A stretch of DNA of 38,670 bases, taken from the NCBI GenBank assembly GCA_964559575.1, contig CAZLGQ010000003.1:1-38670 (forward strand), written 5' to 3'. This document shows positions 1 through 9,557 of this stretch, piece after piece. The notes under the pieces were generated by a model. The model saw only the letters and a program-made list of their open reading frames with translations, was not told the origin of the DNA and did no database searches. Origin of the DNA: an uncultured Candidatus Saccharibacteria bacterium. Its GTDB lineage: Bacteria; Patescibacteriota; Minisyncoccia; Phycocordibacterales; CSBR16-193. Each line of letters starts with the position of its first letter. The first letter of the stretch is position 1. The translations under genes were made by a program, and so were the position numbers.

Positions 1-231
1 ACCGACCAAAACCCCGATAGCCGGAGTAAGTTTTTCCACTCCCAACATCTGAACACCGAGATCTTGTACTATCCAAGCGGTGGTCAGACCGATAACACCC
101 GAAACAGCCACCATACCGGTAAAGTACCACGGTCTTATCTCAACATCTTTGTAAGATTGGCTGTATTTAACAAGCCCGACTACTCCTCTAAAAACTCCTC
201 CAATAAAACCTGCTAAGAAAAAGAATTCCAT
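1..231 (-). CDS. Small membrane protein, hypothetical (runs off the window edge)
   Basis: Manual translation from ATG at 231 gives MEFFFLAGFIGGVFRGVVGLVKYSQSYKDVEIRPWYFTGMVAVSGVIGLTTAWIVQDLG..., open to position 1 with Gly-rich hydrophobic helices. Not in the ORF track. Confidence 0.75.
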   Translation of the reverse strand, partial: MEFFFLAGFIGGVFRGVVGLVKYSQSYKDVEIRPWYFTGMVAVSGVIGLTTAWIVQDLGVQMLGVEKLTPAIGVLVG

Positions 232-341
232 ATTATTTTTTATTTAAATAATAACTAAATCTACTTTTACTCTACAATAAAAGTTTTGGATGTGAAAGGT
301 ATAAAAAACCTCTTTATAAATAAAAGTAAAAAATAAATGGA

Positions 342-1580
342 TCACTCGTACTCTAAAGCCTCTACGGGATTTAGTTTGGAAGCTTTTTTAGCCGGATAAA
401 TTCCAAAAACCAATCCTACCAAAGCGGATATTCCCACTCCTAAAAAGGCGGAATTTATTGGAAAAACAAATTTCCAATCAAAATCAAAAAATTCGGAAAT
501 AATAACTGATCCGGATAAAGATATTAAAGCACCAAACACTATTCCCAAAACTCCCCCTAAAAGAGTTAGGATAACCGCTTCCCAAAGAAACTGTTTCTGT
601 ATGTCGGAGTTAGTAGCTCCGACTGCTTTTCTTAAACCTATTTCTTTTGTTCTTTCGGTAACGGAAACCAACATAATATTCATTATTCCAATACCTCCCA
701 CTAAAAGGGCTATGGAAACTATAAAAGATATAAATCCGGTTAAAATACCCATAACATTATTTATCTGACTTCTTAATCCCTGTTGAGTCATAACTGCAAA
801 GTTCTCCTCTCCCTCTTCAACGTTTCTTGTTTCTCTTAAAGTAGCTTTTATATCAAACTCAACTCTGTCAACGTTAGCGGGATCATCTGCGCGGATTATG
901 AAACGATCAAAATCACTACTTCCTAAAATGTAAGTTTGAGCTGAAGTGTGAGGGATAATAACCAGATCATCTACATTAAATATTCCTCTCTGTCCTATAG
1001 CCGGATAAACTCCCACTACACGAAAACGAACATCTCCAATATTTATACTCTCTCCTATGGCATCAGAGTGGCCAAATATTTCCTCTTTTACTCTTTTTCC
1101 TATAACCGCCACTCTTGATCTTGATCGTATATCATTTTCTATAAAATTAATTCCTTCTTCAGGTTTTATATTAAAAGTTTCACCAAAAAATTCCGATGAA
1201 GCACCAATGATCATGGAATCTCTGTACACCTCGTTTGATCTTCTGACAGAACCGGGGACTATAACAACCGGCATAATTCCTTCAAGGTTTGGAACATTGG
1301 CTTTTCTTTTCAAACCATCCAGGTCTCTTTGAGTTAAAGACTCTGCATAAAAAACATCCATCATATCACCTCCTTCCCCTGCTGTAGGAACAACGACAAC
1401 AGTACTTGCTCCCATGCTATCTATTTCGGAAATGATAAGATCGGTTGCACCACGACCCATGGACATAACGGCAATTATTGAAGCTACCCCGATCAAAATA
1501 CCCAAAATAGTCAAAAAAGATCTCATCTTATGCCTATGTATGGAGTTAAAAGATGTAATAATGGTGTACTTTAAATTCAT
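342..1580 (-). CDS. ABC transporter permease, MacB/YknZ/FtsX family (copy 2)
   Basis: RSFLTILGILIGV N-terminal TM, extracytoplasmic domain, and the GGIGIMNIMLVSVTERTKEIGLRKAVGA signature. Confidence 0.95.
   Translation of the reverse strand: MNLKYTIITSFNSIHRHKMRSFLTILGILIGVASIIAVMSMGRGATDLIISEIDSMGASTVVVVPTAGEGGDMMDVFYAESLTQRDLDGLKRKANVPNLEGIMPVVIVPGSVRRSNEVYRDSMIIGASSEFFGETFNIKPEEGINFIENDIRSRSRVAVIGKRVKEEIFGHSDAIGESINIGDVRFRVVGVYPAIGQRGIFNVDDLVIIPHTSAQTYILGSSDFDRFIIRADDPANVDRVEFDIKATLRETRNVEEGEENFAVMTQQGLRSQINNVMGILTGFISFIVSIALLVGGIGIMNIMLVSVTERTKEIGLRKAVGATNSDIQKQFLWEAVILTLLGGVLGIVFGALISLSGSVIISEFFDFDWKFVFPINSAFLGVGISALVGLVFGIYPAKKASKLNPVEALEYE
541..716. repeat. 176-bp near-identical direct repeat, copy A (partner 1785-1960)
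   Basis: Aligned by eye: one mismatch (gttagg versus gttaag) over 176 bp. Confidence 0.9.
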
Positions 1581-1582
1581 AT

Positions 1583-2827
1583 TTATTTCTCATACTGAAG
1601 GGCTTCTATCGGATCTTTTTTAGCGGCTTGGCGAGCCGGATAGAGTCCAAAGACCAAACCAACCAAAGCCGACATTCCAACCCCTATAAATACAGCTTCT
1701 ACCGGAAAGACAAAAGGCCAATTAAAAGCCAGAAGTTCAGAAAGAACCATACTTGCTATAAAGGATATAGATCCTCCTATTATAATTCCCAAAACTCCCC
1801 CTAAAAGAGTTAAGATAACCGCTTCCCAAAGAAACTGTTTCTGTATGTCGGAGTTAGTAGCTCCGACTGCTTTTCTTAAACCTATTTCTTTTGTTCTTTC
1901 GGTAACGGAAACCAACATAATATTCATTATTCCAATACCTCCCACTAAAAGGGCTATGGACACTACAAATATTAAGAAAACATTAAGAATGTTCATAATA
2001 TCCTCCACCAACTCTCTTAAACCCTCTTGAGTCAAAACAGAAAAATCATCATCCCCACCGGGTTCAATGTTTCTGGTTTCTCTTAAAGTAGCCTTGATAT
2101 CGGAAACGGCTCTGTTTATGTTCTCGGTGCTATCTATTTTTATCCAAAATTCCTCATACTCATCATTACCTAAAATATATCTTTGAGCGGTTGTGTAAGG
2201 AATTAACACAAAGTTATCCATATTCACAGGACCAACCTGTCCTCTTTCGTCATAAACTCCAACAACTCTAAAACGAACATTGGAAACAATAATTCTTTCT
2301 CCTATGGGATCATTTTGATCAAAAAGTTCTTTTTTAACTTCCGATCCTATTACTGCCACTTTCTCACTGTTGTTTATGTCAACATCGGTAAAATTAAAAC
2401 CATTAACCGGTAACATATTATAGGTTTCAGTAAAAAAATCCGCCTTTCCGCCGGTTACCAAAGCTCGGTTATACACTTCACCTCTGTAACTTACTCCTCC
2501 GGGAACAACAACCAAAGGCATTACTCCTTCTAAATTAGGAACATTAGCGGGAGTTCGTAGAGCTTCCAGATCTCTTTGGGTTAACATATCGGTAAAAAAG
2601 AAATCCATCATCATAGACCCTTCTACCTGACCGGGAAAAACCACTACCATGTTAGTACCCATCTCATCTATTTCGCTAACTATCAGTTTGGTAGCACCTT
2701 CTCCAATTGACATTATGGCAATAATGGCGGTAACTCCGATGGTTATTCCTAAAATAGTTAAAAAAGAACGGACCTTATGAGCCGAAATACTGTTAAATGC
2801 CGACAGTATGAAAAATTTTAATTTCAT
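1583..2827 (-). CDS. ABC transporter permease, MacB/YknZ/FtsX family (copy 1)
   Basis: Same signatures as 342-1580, ending PARQAAKKDPIEALQYE. Confidence 0.95.
   Translation of the reverse strand: MKLKFFILSAFNSISAHKVRSFLTILGITIGVTAIIAIMSIGEGATKLIVSEIDEMGTNMVVVFPGQVEGSMMMDFFFTDMLTQRDLEALRTPANVPNLEGVMPLVVVPGGVSYRGEVYNRALVTGGKADFFTETYNMLPVNGFNFTDVDINNSEKVAVIGSEVKKELFDQNDPIGERIIVSNVRFRVVGVYDERGQVGPVNMDNFVLIPYTTAQRYILGNDEYEEFWIKIDSTENINRAVSDIKATLRETRNIEPGGDDDFSVLTQEGLRELVEDIMNILNVFLIFVVSIALLVGGIGIMNIMLVSVTERTKEIGLRKAVGATNSDIQKQFLWEAVILTLLGGVLGIIIGGSISFIASMVLSELLAFNWPFVFPVEAVFIGVGMSALVGLVFGLYPARQAAKKDPIEALQYEK
1785..1960. repeat. 176-bp near-identical direct repeat, copy B (partner 541-716)
   Basis: Aligned by eye to 541-716. 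Confidence 0.9.
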
Positions 2828-2833
2828 AAAAAC

Positions 2834-3523
2834 CTAAGATGATCCCAAAAGCTTATCGCTTTCAACTTTACCGTCTTGTATCTTTATTTCTCTTTCGGCA
2901 AAACCTGCTGTGTACTCATCATGAGTTATCAATACTACAGTATGCCCTAATTCACTATGTAATCTTTGTAAGGTTTTCATTACTTCACCTCCGGAAACGG
3001 AGTCCAAGTTACCTGTGGGTTCATCAGCAAATATTAAGTTTGGCTTATTCACCAAAGCTCTGGCTATAGCCACTCTCTGTTTCTCTCCACCGGATAGTTT
3101 AAGAGCTTGGTAATCAGTCCTATGATCCAAACCGACCATTTTAATGGCTTGTTTTATATCGGTATCCCATTCAGCTTCCGAACTTTGGGAGTATAGAAGG
3201 GGTAAACGCACATTTTCATAAACAGTAGATCTTCCCAAAAGATTAAAGGATTGAAAAACAAATCCCATCTCTTTATTCCTTATATTAGCTATCTCTTCTT
3301 CGGTATAATCTTTAAACTCCTTACCTTGAAAACGATAGATACCGGAAGTCGGTGTAGCAAGAAAACCTAAAATATGAAGAACTGTGGACTTTCCGGATCC
3401 TGAAGGTCCGCGAATAGAAACAAACTCTCCTTTTTTTATAGAAAAAGACATACCACGCAAAACCTCCGTAACTACATCGCCGGTATAAAATGATTTATAT
3501 AGATTTTCAACCTCTATTAACAT
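2834..3523 (-). CDS. ABC transporter ATP-binding protein, MacB/LolD-type
   Basis: Walker A GPSGSGKST, GFVFQSFNL, signature LSGGEKQRVAIARAL, ADEPTGNLD, and H-loop ITHD. Confidence 0.97.
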   Translation of the reverse strand: MLIEVENLYKSFYTGDVVTEVLRGMSFSIKKGEFVSIRGPSGSGKSTVLHILGFLATPTSGIYRFQGKEFKDYTEEEIANIRNKEMGFVFQSFNLLGRSTVYENVRLPLLYSQSSEAEWDTDIKQAIKMVGLDHRTDYQALKLSGGEKQRVAIARALVNKPNLIFADEPTGNLDSVSGGEVMKTLQRLHSELGHTVVLITHDEYTAGFAEREIKIQDGKVESDKLLGSS

Positions 3524-3529
3524 GAAAAG

Positions 3530-5143
3530 TTATTCGGTTTCCTTCCTTAGAGCTTCAAGGTCGGCCTCATCTGCGTAAGTGATCACATCCTCTCCCGCTT
3601 CCAAGCCGGAGAGTATTTCTACCCATCCATCACTTCCACGCAAACCTCTTTCTACTTCGCGATACTCTAAAACTCCATTTTCTACCATCCGAACATAACT
3701 CTTGCCGTCTCTTTGGATTATCGCCCTTCCGGGAACAGATACTACTCCGCTTCTTTTAGATGTCATAATATCCAGATCCGCCGTCATTCCGGAACGGATA
3801 CGTTCATCATAATCGGTAAAGTCCAAAAGTGTCTTAAAAGAAGCTACCCCTTCACGATCAGTTGCGACTGTTGAAACATAAGCAACAGTAGCTTCAAAAT
3901 CCTCTCTGGGAAATGCATCAAATCTAGCCCTGGCAGTATCGCCAACAGATAAATTAGCTATGTCCACTTCCGGAATGTAAATATAGAGATGAGGGACACC
4001 TTCAGAGGAAAAAGAAAAGGCCGGAGAGCCGGGAGAAACTGCCTCGCCAACAGAAAGGTGTTTTTTATAAACAACTCCGTCTAAAGGAGCTCTTAAAACA
4101 GATTTATCTAAATTACTTAAGGCCAGATCAAGTGAGGCTTCAGCTCTTTCTACCAGTGCCTCTTGAGCTTTAACCTTTTCGGATCTGGCGCCTGAAACAG
4201 CAGACTCGAACTCAGATTTTGCTCGTTCATAAGAAAGTTCCGCTTCTTTTAAACCTCTTTCCAGATCTATTAATGTTTTCTCTTTATTATCTTTAACATT
4301 TTCATAAGTCTGTCTTAGTTTTGGATATGCAGAAGAATCTTTATTGGGAATTTCTACCACCCATTCCACATTAACATCACGAGCAAAGTTCTTTGGAAAG
4401 ATTATCTTAAGACCCAGATCACCTAAAGGTTGAGGTGTTATGGTAGAAACTCTTCCAAATCCATCTTCCTCCAGATCAGTTTTGTAACGAAAAGAATATC
4501 CACTGTCAGCCTGAGAACGATAAAGAGTTATTCTGTACTCACCTTCTTCCAAACCTCTAAAAACCCCACTTATAACAGGAGGTTCATAACTAAAAGTTGA
4601 TTCACGTTCACTTCCTGAAAGTTTGGCACGTAGATCATTGGTTAAAAGATCTTCTCTGGCATTTTCAACCTTTTTTTCTTCCACTTCTTTAGTATCAGAA
4701 AATTTTTCTTTGGTATTTTCAAAAGAAGTTCGTGCGTTTTCCTTTTTTAATTCCGCTGTTCTTAGATCTTCACCGGTTAAACCTGATGTTATTTCTTCCA
4801 GTCTTGCTTCTTCGGCTTTTAAATTGGCACGAGCACTTCTAACTTCAGAACTTTGGATCTCGGTATTTAGTCTTGCTATCGGATCTCCGGATTTTACAAA
4901 ATCTCCTTCGTTGATCAGTACTTCTCTAATAACACCGGAGACTTCAAAAGATAGATCTATCTCTTCTTCAGCTGAAACTCTGGCATTACCACTTACCTCT
5001 TCTGTTACATCTCTTTCTACTGCCTGTTCAAACTCAATACCGGTTCCATCTCCTCCTGATAGAATCCAAAATATTAAAACAACAACCAATAAAAAAGGTA
5101 TCCAGAAAATAGGTTTTTTAAGAGTTAAAATTAATTTATTCAT
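3530..5143 (-). CDS. Membrane-fusion / efflux adaptor subunit (MacA/YknX/HlyD family)
   Basis: N-terminal TM, lipoyl halves (SGVIREVLINEGDFVKSGDPIA and LRAPLDGVV), coiled coil, and IRSGMTA / VEILSGLEAGE; first gene of the ABC operon. Confidence 0.92.
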   Translation of the reverse strand: MNKLILTLKKPIFWIPFLLVVVLIFWILSGGDGTGIEFEQAVERDVTEEVSGNARVSAEEEIDLSFEVSGVIREVLINEGDFVKSGDPIARLNTEIQSSEVRSARANLKAEEARLEEITSGLTGEDLRTAELKKENARTSFENTKEKFSDTKEVEEKKVENAREDLLTNDLRAKLSGSERESTFSYEPPVISGVFRGLEEGEYRITLYRSQADSGYSFRYKTDLEEDGFGRVSTITPQPLGDLGLKIIFPKNFARDVNVEWVVEIPNKDSSAYPKLRQTYENVKDNKEKTLIDLERGLKEAELSYERAKSEFESAVSGARSEKVKAQEALVERAEASLDLALSNLDKSVLRAPLDGVVYKKHLSVGEAVSPGSPAFSFSSEGVPHLYIYIPEVDIANLSVGDTARARFDAFPREDFEATVAYVSTVATDREGVASFKTLLDFTDYDERIRSGMTADLDIMTSKRSGVVSVPGRAIIQRDGKSYVRMVENGVLEYREVERGLRGSDGWVEILSGLEAGEDVITYADEADLEALRKETE

Positions 5144-5222
5144 TAGATATATAATAACATTTTAAATATAAAAATATCCACATATAAATTATTTTTTCCG
5201 GATTATAGAGTAATTTAAGAAT

Positions 5223-6020
5223 TTAATTATTCCTTCTTTTTAGAAAGGTTAAAACTTCGGAATAGATCTTTCCGTTTAGCGAAACGATGCCATCTAAATT
5301 TCTAACTGAATCTTCACTATAAACAATATTTTTACCTTTAGTATCCATTATCAAGCCCCCGGCTTCCCTGAGAATAATATCTCCGGCACAGACATCCCAG
5401 AGACATGTTCTGTCGGTAGTGGTCATATACATATCCACCTTACCTTCTGCTATTAAAGTGAACTCTAATCCTATACTTCCGGTTGGAACTGTTCTATCTA
5501 TTTTAGCTACTTCAAAAAAACTTTTTATATCATCACCCAAGTGAGGTCCGTTAATCACAATATTAGCAGAATTAATATCTGATATATCTGAACATTTTAT
5601 AATTTTTGGCTTTTTATCCTTCTCTTTTTTAAAAGCACCCTTCCCCCTCAAAGCGTAATAAAAAACTTTCTTAACCGGAGCGTAAATAACACCCAATACC
5701 GGCTCACCTTTTTCTATTAAACCTATCATGACCGCAAAGTCATTAGATCTTTTAATAAACTCCATTGTTCCATCTAAAGGATCCACCACCCAACATCTAT
5801 CTTTATTTAAAAACTTTTTATCACCTTCCTCTCCCATAAAACCGTAGTTATAACTTTTGAGGTTCTCAAAGATAAAATCTTGAGCCTTTATATCAGCTTC
5901 GGTTACTAGAGTTCTATCTTCTTTTTCATAACTCTTAAAGTTACTACTGTAATAATCCATTATAATCTCACCGGCTTTCTCTGCTGAATTTAGAGCGCTT
6001 TTTAATTCTTCTGTTATCAT
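5223..6020 (-). CDS. cysQ: 3'(2'),5'-bisphosphate nucleotidase / inositol monophosphatase family
   Basis: VTEAD, GEE, WVVDPLDGTMEF and WDVCAG motifs. Confidence 0.85.
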   Translation of the reverse strand: MITEELKSALNSAEKAGEIIMDYYSSNFKSYEKEDRTLVTEADIKAQDFIFENLKSYNYGFMGEEGDKKFLNKDRCWVVDPLDGTMEFIKRSNDFAVMIGLIEKGEPVLGVIYAPVKKVFYYALRGKGAFKKEKDKKPKIIKCSDISDINSANIVINGPHLGDDIKSFFEVAKIDRTVPTGSIGLEFTLIAEGKVDMYMTTTDRTCLWDVCAGDIILREAGGLIMDTKGKNIVYSEDSVRNLDGIVSLNGKIYSEVLTFLKRRNN

Positions 6021-6204
6021 AAATTTTAAATAATAAAGTTATCTAATGTGAATCTGTTTTAATATAGTCTATAAAAATTACATTAACAAGAAAATATATT
6101 AACTTAAACGATATTTATTCCGGTAAACAAAATAATATTTAAATAACCAACAACACTTAATGACTTAGAAGGTGTTTTGATTTACAATAAGTAGATAGCT
6201 TTTT

Positions 6205-7452
6205 ATGAAAAAAATAAAAAAAAGAATAGGAAAACTTCTTAGATGGAGTCAGAAGTATACAAAGACCGATATGATATATGTTGCCAGAGGAGGTTTCTGG
6301 CTTTCTGTTGGAAAGGTTTTTATCACTCTTGCATCTATAATCACCACCATAGCTTTTGCTAACCTTATTCCGGCAGAAACGTACGGAACATATCTCTTTA
6401 TTATCTCCACAGCGGGAATAGTGGGTATATCATCCTTACCGGGAATGGGATCAGCAATGATAAGAAGCGTAGCGAAAGGAAAAGAAGGCTCACTGGATAC
6501 CGCTTTTAAAACCAAATTCAAATGGGCTTTGATAGGTTCGGTTGTCTTTCTTTTAATGTCGGGTTGGTACTATGTTAACGAAAACATTATCTTATCTGTA
6601 GCTTTTTTAATTATAAGTCCTATTTTTCCTTTAAAGTTATCAAGTGGGGTGTTTGCCGGTTTTTGGAACGGTAAAAAAAGATTTGATAAAAAAACAATAC
6701 TTAGAGTATTAGTAGATGTTGCAATTGCCACATCTGTTATTATAACTCTCCTCCTAACTGATGATCTTTGGATAATTGTATTTATCTTTTTCTTCTCTAC
6801 GGCTACCGCTCAGTACCTGGCATACTTATACTCATCCAAAAGAAAAGATAATGAAGAAACCGATGAAGAAATGATACCTTATGGAAAAAATCTTACTCTT
6901 ATGAGTATTATAGACACCACAGCTTCACACTTAGATAAAATAATTATTTGGAAACTTTTAGGTCCGGCACAGGTTGCGGTTTACACACTTTCTATAAAAC
7001 CTATAAAAAAAGTTAAAGGCTTCCTTCCTATAAGTTCACTGGCGCTACCTAAACTTTCAGAAAACGGAATAAAAGATCAAAAAAGAAAGAAAAAAATATT
7101 ACGAAAAATATTAATGCTTTTTTTAGTAAGTGTTCCCTTTGCTGTTTTCTTATTCTTTTTTGGTCCCTTTATTTACAAAATAGTCTTTCCGGAATACATG
7201 GAATCAGTAAAGTTTTTTCAGGCAATGACTTTTTTAATAGCAATGCTTCCAACAACTATTCTTAAAACCGCATTGGTAGCCGAAAAGAAAACCAAATATT
7301 TATACATAACCAGAACAACGGTTCCTTTAATAAAGATTACTCTGTTTTTAATCCTGACACCTATCTACGGGATCTGGGGAGTAGTATCTACTCTTTTAAT
7401 AATATCTATTGTTTCAACTGTATTTAATCTATACTTTTTTTGGAAGATATAA
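6205..7452 (+). CDS. Polysaccharide/oligosaccharide flippase (Wzx/MOP family)
   Basis: About 12 TM segments, YGTY near the N-terminus, DKIIIWKLLGPAQVAVY and PIYGIWG; adjacent to a glycosyltransferase. Confidence 0.85.
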   Translation: MKKIKKRIGKLLRWSQKYTKTDMIYVARGGFWLSVGKVFITLASIITTIAFANLIPAETYGTYLFIISTAGIVGISSLPGMGSAMIRSVAKGKEGSLDTAFKTKFKWALIGSVVFLLMSGWYYVNENIILSVAFLIISPIFPLKLSSGVFAGFWNGKKRFDKKTILRVLVDVAIATSVIITLLLTDDLWIIVFIFFFSTATAQYLAYLYSSKRKDNEETDEEMIPYGKNLTLMSIIDTTASHLDKIIIWKLLGPAQVAVYTLSIKPIKKVKGFLPISSLALPKLSENGIKDQKRKKKILRKILMLFLVSVPFAVFLFFFGPFIYKIVFPEYMESVKFFQAMTFLIAMLPTTILKTALVAEKKTKYLYITRTTVPLIKITLFLILTPIYGIWGVVSTLLIISIVSTVFNLYFFWKI

Positions 7453-8614
7453 TCGCTGTTTTACCATTTTTATAAATATACTCATATCCATTTACAGTTT
7501 GAGAAATACTAAAACGGTAAGATTCTTTTCTTGAAATATCATAGGCCTTTCTTTTCCAATTTTCTTTATCGGACAGTATGTTACTTAACTTATCTTTAAA
7601 CTCGTCACCTTTATTTACTTCAAAAAGAAAAGGTTCAAAATTAGAAATTACTTCAGGATTACCTCCGGTTTTTGATATTAAGATCGGAACTCCCGAAAAA
7701 AGAGCTTCCAGAGTAGTGATGGAAAGTCCTTCATAATGACTGGTTAAAACAAATACATCAAAACCTTTTAGTAGCCTTCCGGCATTTGAATACTCTCCTA
7801 TTAAAAAGAAACTGTCTTCAATATCTCCTTCTTTTATCATTTTTTTAAGATGATCATAATCCGGACCATCACCTATTACCAAACAGACAGCTTCAGGAAA
7901 ATTCTCTTTAATGCTCTTCCAGTTTTTTATTAAAAACTCATAGTTTTTCTGATACGCCAAACGGCCGATAGAACCAACAATAATCTTATCTTTAAAAACT
8001 CTGCCTGATACTTTCTCAATTTCCTCTCTAGCAAGATCTCTTTCTAAAAACAAAACCTCAGTTAAAGGAAGCCCGTTATAAACAACGATACCTTTTTTAC
8101 CAAGCCCTATATCTTTAGCACTCTGAAAATTCTCTTTACTTACAAAAACCTCTTTATCAACAAACAAAACGAAAAAACGAAAGATCAAACGATAAAAAAT
8201 TCTTTTTATCGTTGAAGTTTCATGTCTCTTATCAAGAAAAGACATTCCTCTATATGTAAAAACAACATAAGGCCTGTCTCTAAAAAGTAAAAAAGAACTT
8301 AATGCTCCCAAAAGAGCATTGGAACTGTTTATATGTAAAACATCAAATTTTTCTTTTTTTAAAAAGTCCTTTAATTCAAAAATAAATTTTATATTTTCAA
8401 AAACACTAAACGAACGTTTAAGATTTTTAAATCTTTTAGTGGGAATTCCCCATTTTTTACACTCATTAGATAAAAACTCTCCCTCACCAAAACCAACTTT
8501 TACATCATAGCCTCTTTTAATAAATTCACGAGAGAGATTCAAAACAGACATCTGAGCCCCTCCTACCTCCGCTAAAGTAACCAATATTAAAACCTTTTGT
8601 TTTTCTTTCTTCAT
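7424..8614 (-). CDS. Glycosyltransferase family 4
   Basis: GGAQ, VYNG, GRLAYQKN, GDGP and the EGLSITTLEA E-x7-E motif. Confidence 0.93.
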   Translation of the reverse strand: MKKEKQKVLILVTLAEVGGAQMSVLNLSREFIKRGYDVKVGFGEGEFLSNECKKWGIPTKRFKNLKRSFSVFENIKFIFELKDFLKKEKFDVLHINSSNALLGALSSFLLFRDRPYVVFTYRGMSFLDKRHETSTIKRIFYRLIFRFFVLFVDKEVFVSKENFQSAKDIGLGKKGIVVYNGLPLTEVLFLERDLAREEIEKVSGRVFKDKIIVGSIGRLAYQKNYEFLIKNWKSIKENFPEAVCLVIGDGPDYDHLKKMIKEGDIEDSFFLIGEYSNAGRLLKGFDVFVLTSHYEGLSITTLEALFSGVPILISKTGGNPEVISNFEPFLFEVNKGDEFKDKLSNILSDKENWKRKAYDISRKESYRFSISQTVNGYEYIYKNGKTAIISSKKSID

Positions 8615-8615
8615 T

Positions 8616-9521
8616 TTATTCCAAGCCTTCAGAGATCTTTAATTCTTTTATTCCTTCTTTAATAAAAACGGAAGGTTCCCAGTTTAAAAGTTTTTTAGCT
8701 TTACTGTTATCTGACAGAGAATGTTTAGGTTCAAAACGAGGATCTATATACTCAACCTCTCCTCCTATGTACTCAGCTATCTGATTTACAGAAGTTGATA
8801 AACCTGAACCTATGTTTATTGTTTCTCCTGAAAAAAAATCCTCTGATCTAGCTGCTAATATATTGGCTCTAACCACATCACGAACATGCACAAAATCACG
8901 AGTTTGATTTCCATCACCGGTTATAGTCAACTTCTCTCCTTTTTTTCTTTTTTCTAAAAACTTGGCAATAACAAGCGAAGAATATCCTCCAACATTCTGT
9001 CTATTTCCATAAACATTAAAATAACGTAAAGAAACAGTGGGTAAACCATAAACTTTTGACCAAAGTTTGCAGTACTCTTCAGCTATATATTTATGTAAAG
9101 CATAGGGACTTTTGGGATCAGGTTCATCTGTTTCTTTCATTAACTCTTTTTCATTTTCTCCATAAACAGAAGCAGATGAAGACAGAATGAACTTTTTAGC
9201 ATCTTTTTTTACTAACACATCCAGTAGATTAAGTACACCGGTTACGTTTACTTCATGGGTTTCTAGTGGATTATCAATAGAGTACTGAACATTGGGAATT
9301 GCGGCGGTATGAAAAACATACTCACCTCCTTTAAAGATATCCTCCAAGGAAGATCTATCTCTTATATCAACCTCATGAAGTTTAGCTTTGGAATTAATAT
9401 TAGTCTCCTTTCCGGTTATTTGATTATCAATAACAGAAACTTCCACCCCCTCTTCTATTAAAGCATCAACGAGATTACTACCTATAAATCCAACTCCTCC
9501 GGTTACTATAACTTTTTCCAT
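8616..9521 (-). CDS. NAD-dependent nucleotide-sugar epimerase/dehydratase (extended SDR)
   Basis: TGGVGFIGS, SSASVYG, YxxxK (YALHK), LRYFNVYG and GDGNQTRDF. Confidence 0.95.
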   Translation of the reverse strand: MEKVIVTGGVGFIGSNLVDALIEEGVEVSVIDNQITGKETNINSKAKLHEVDIRDRSSLEDIFKGGEYVFHTAAIPNVQYSIDNPLETHEVNVTGVLNLLDVLVKKDAKKFILSSSASVYGENEKELMKETDEPDPKSPYALHKYIAEEYCKLWSKVYGLPTVSLRYFNVYGNRQNVGGYSSLVIAKFLEKRKKGEKLTITGDGNQTRDFVHVRDVVRANILAARSEDFFSGETINIGSGLSTSVNQIAEYIGGEVEYIDPRFEPKHSLSDNSKAKKLLNWEPSVFIKEGIKELKISEGLE

Positions 9522-9527
9522 AAAAAT

Positions 9528-9556
9528 ATATTACTTTAATTAAAAATGTTCTTCAA
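9528..9556 (-). promoter_or_regulatory. Putative sigma70 promoter of the epimerase (leaderless)
   Basis: TTGAAG-17-TAATAT, ending 6 nt before the ATG. Confidence 0.45.
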
Positions 9557-9557
9557 A

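Noticed and set aside
603-623. Hairpin gtcggag-ttagtag-ctccgac (also in the second permease copy)
   Set aside because: Lies in coding sequence (VGATNSD) and is duplicated only as part of the 176-bp tract; a 7-bp stem is plausible by chance.
4623-5165. 180-aa + strand ORF
   Set aside because: Antisense shadow of the efflux adaptor; Ser/Phe-rich as expected from the reverse complement of Glu/Lys codons, with no motifs.
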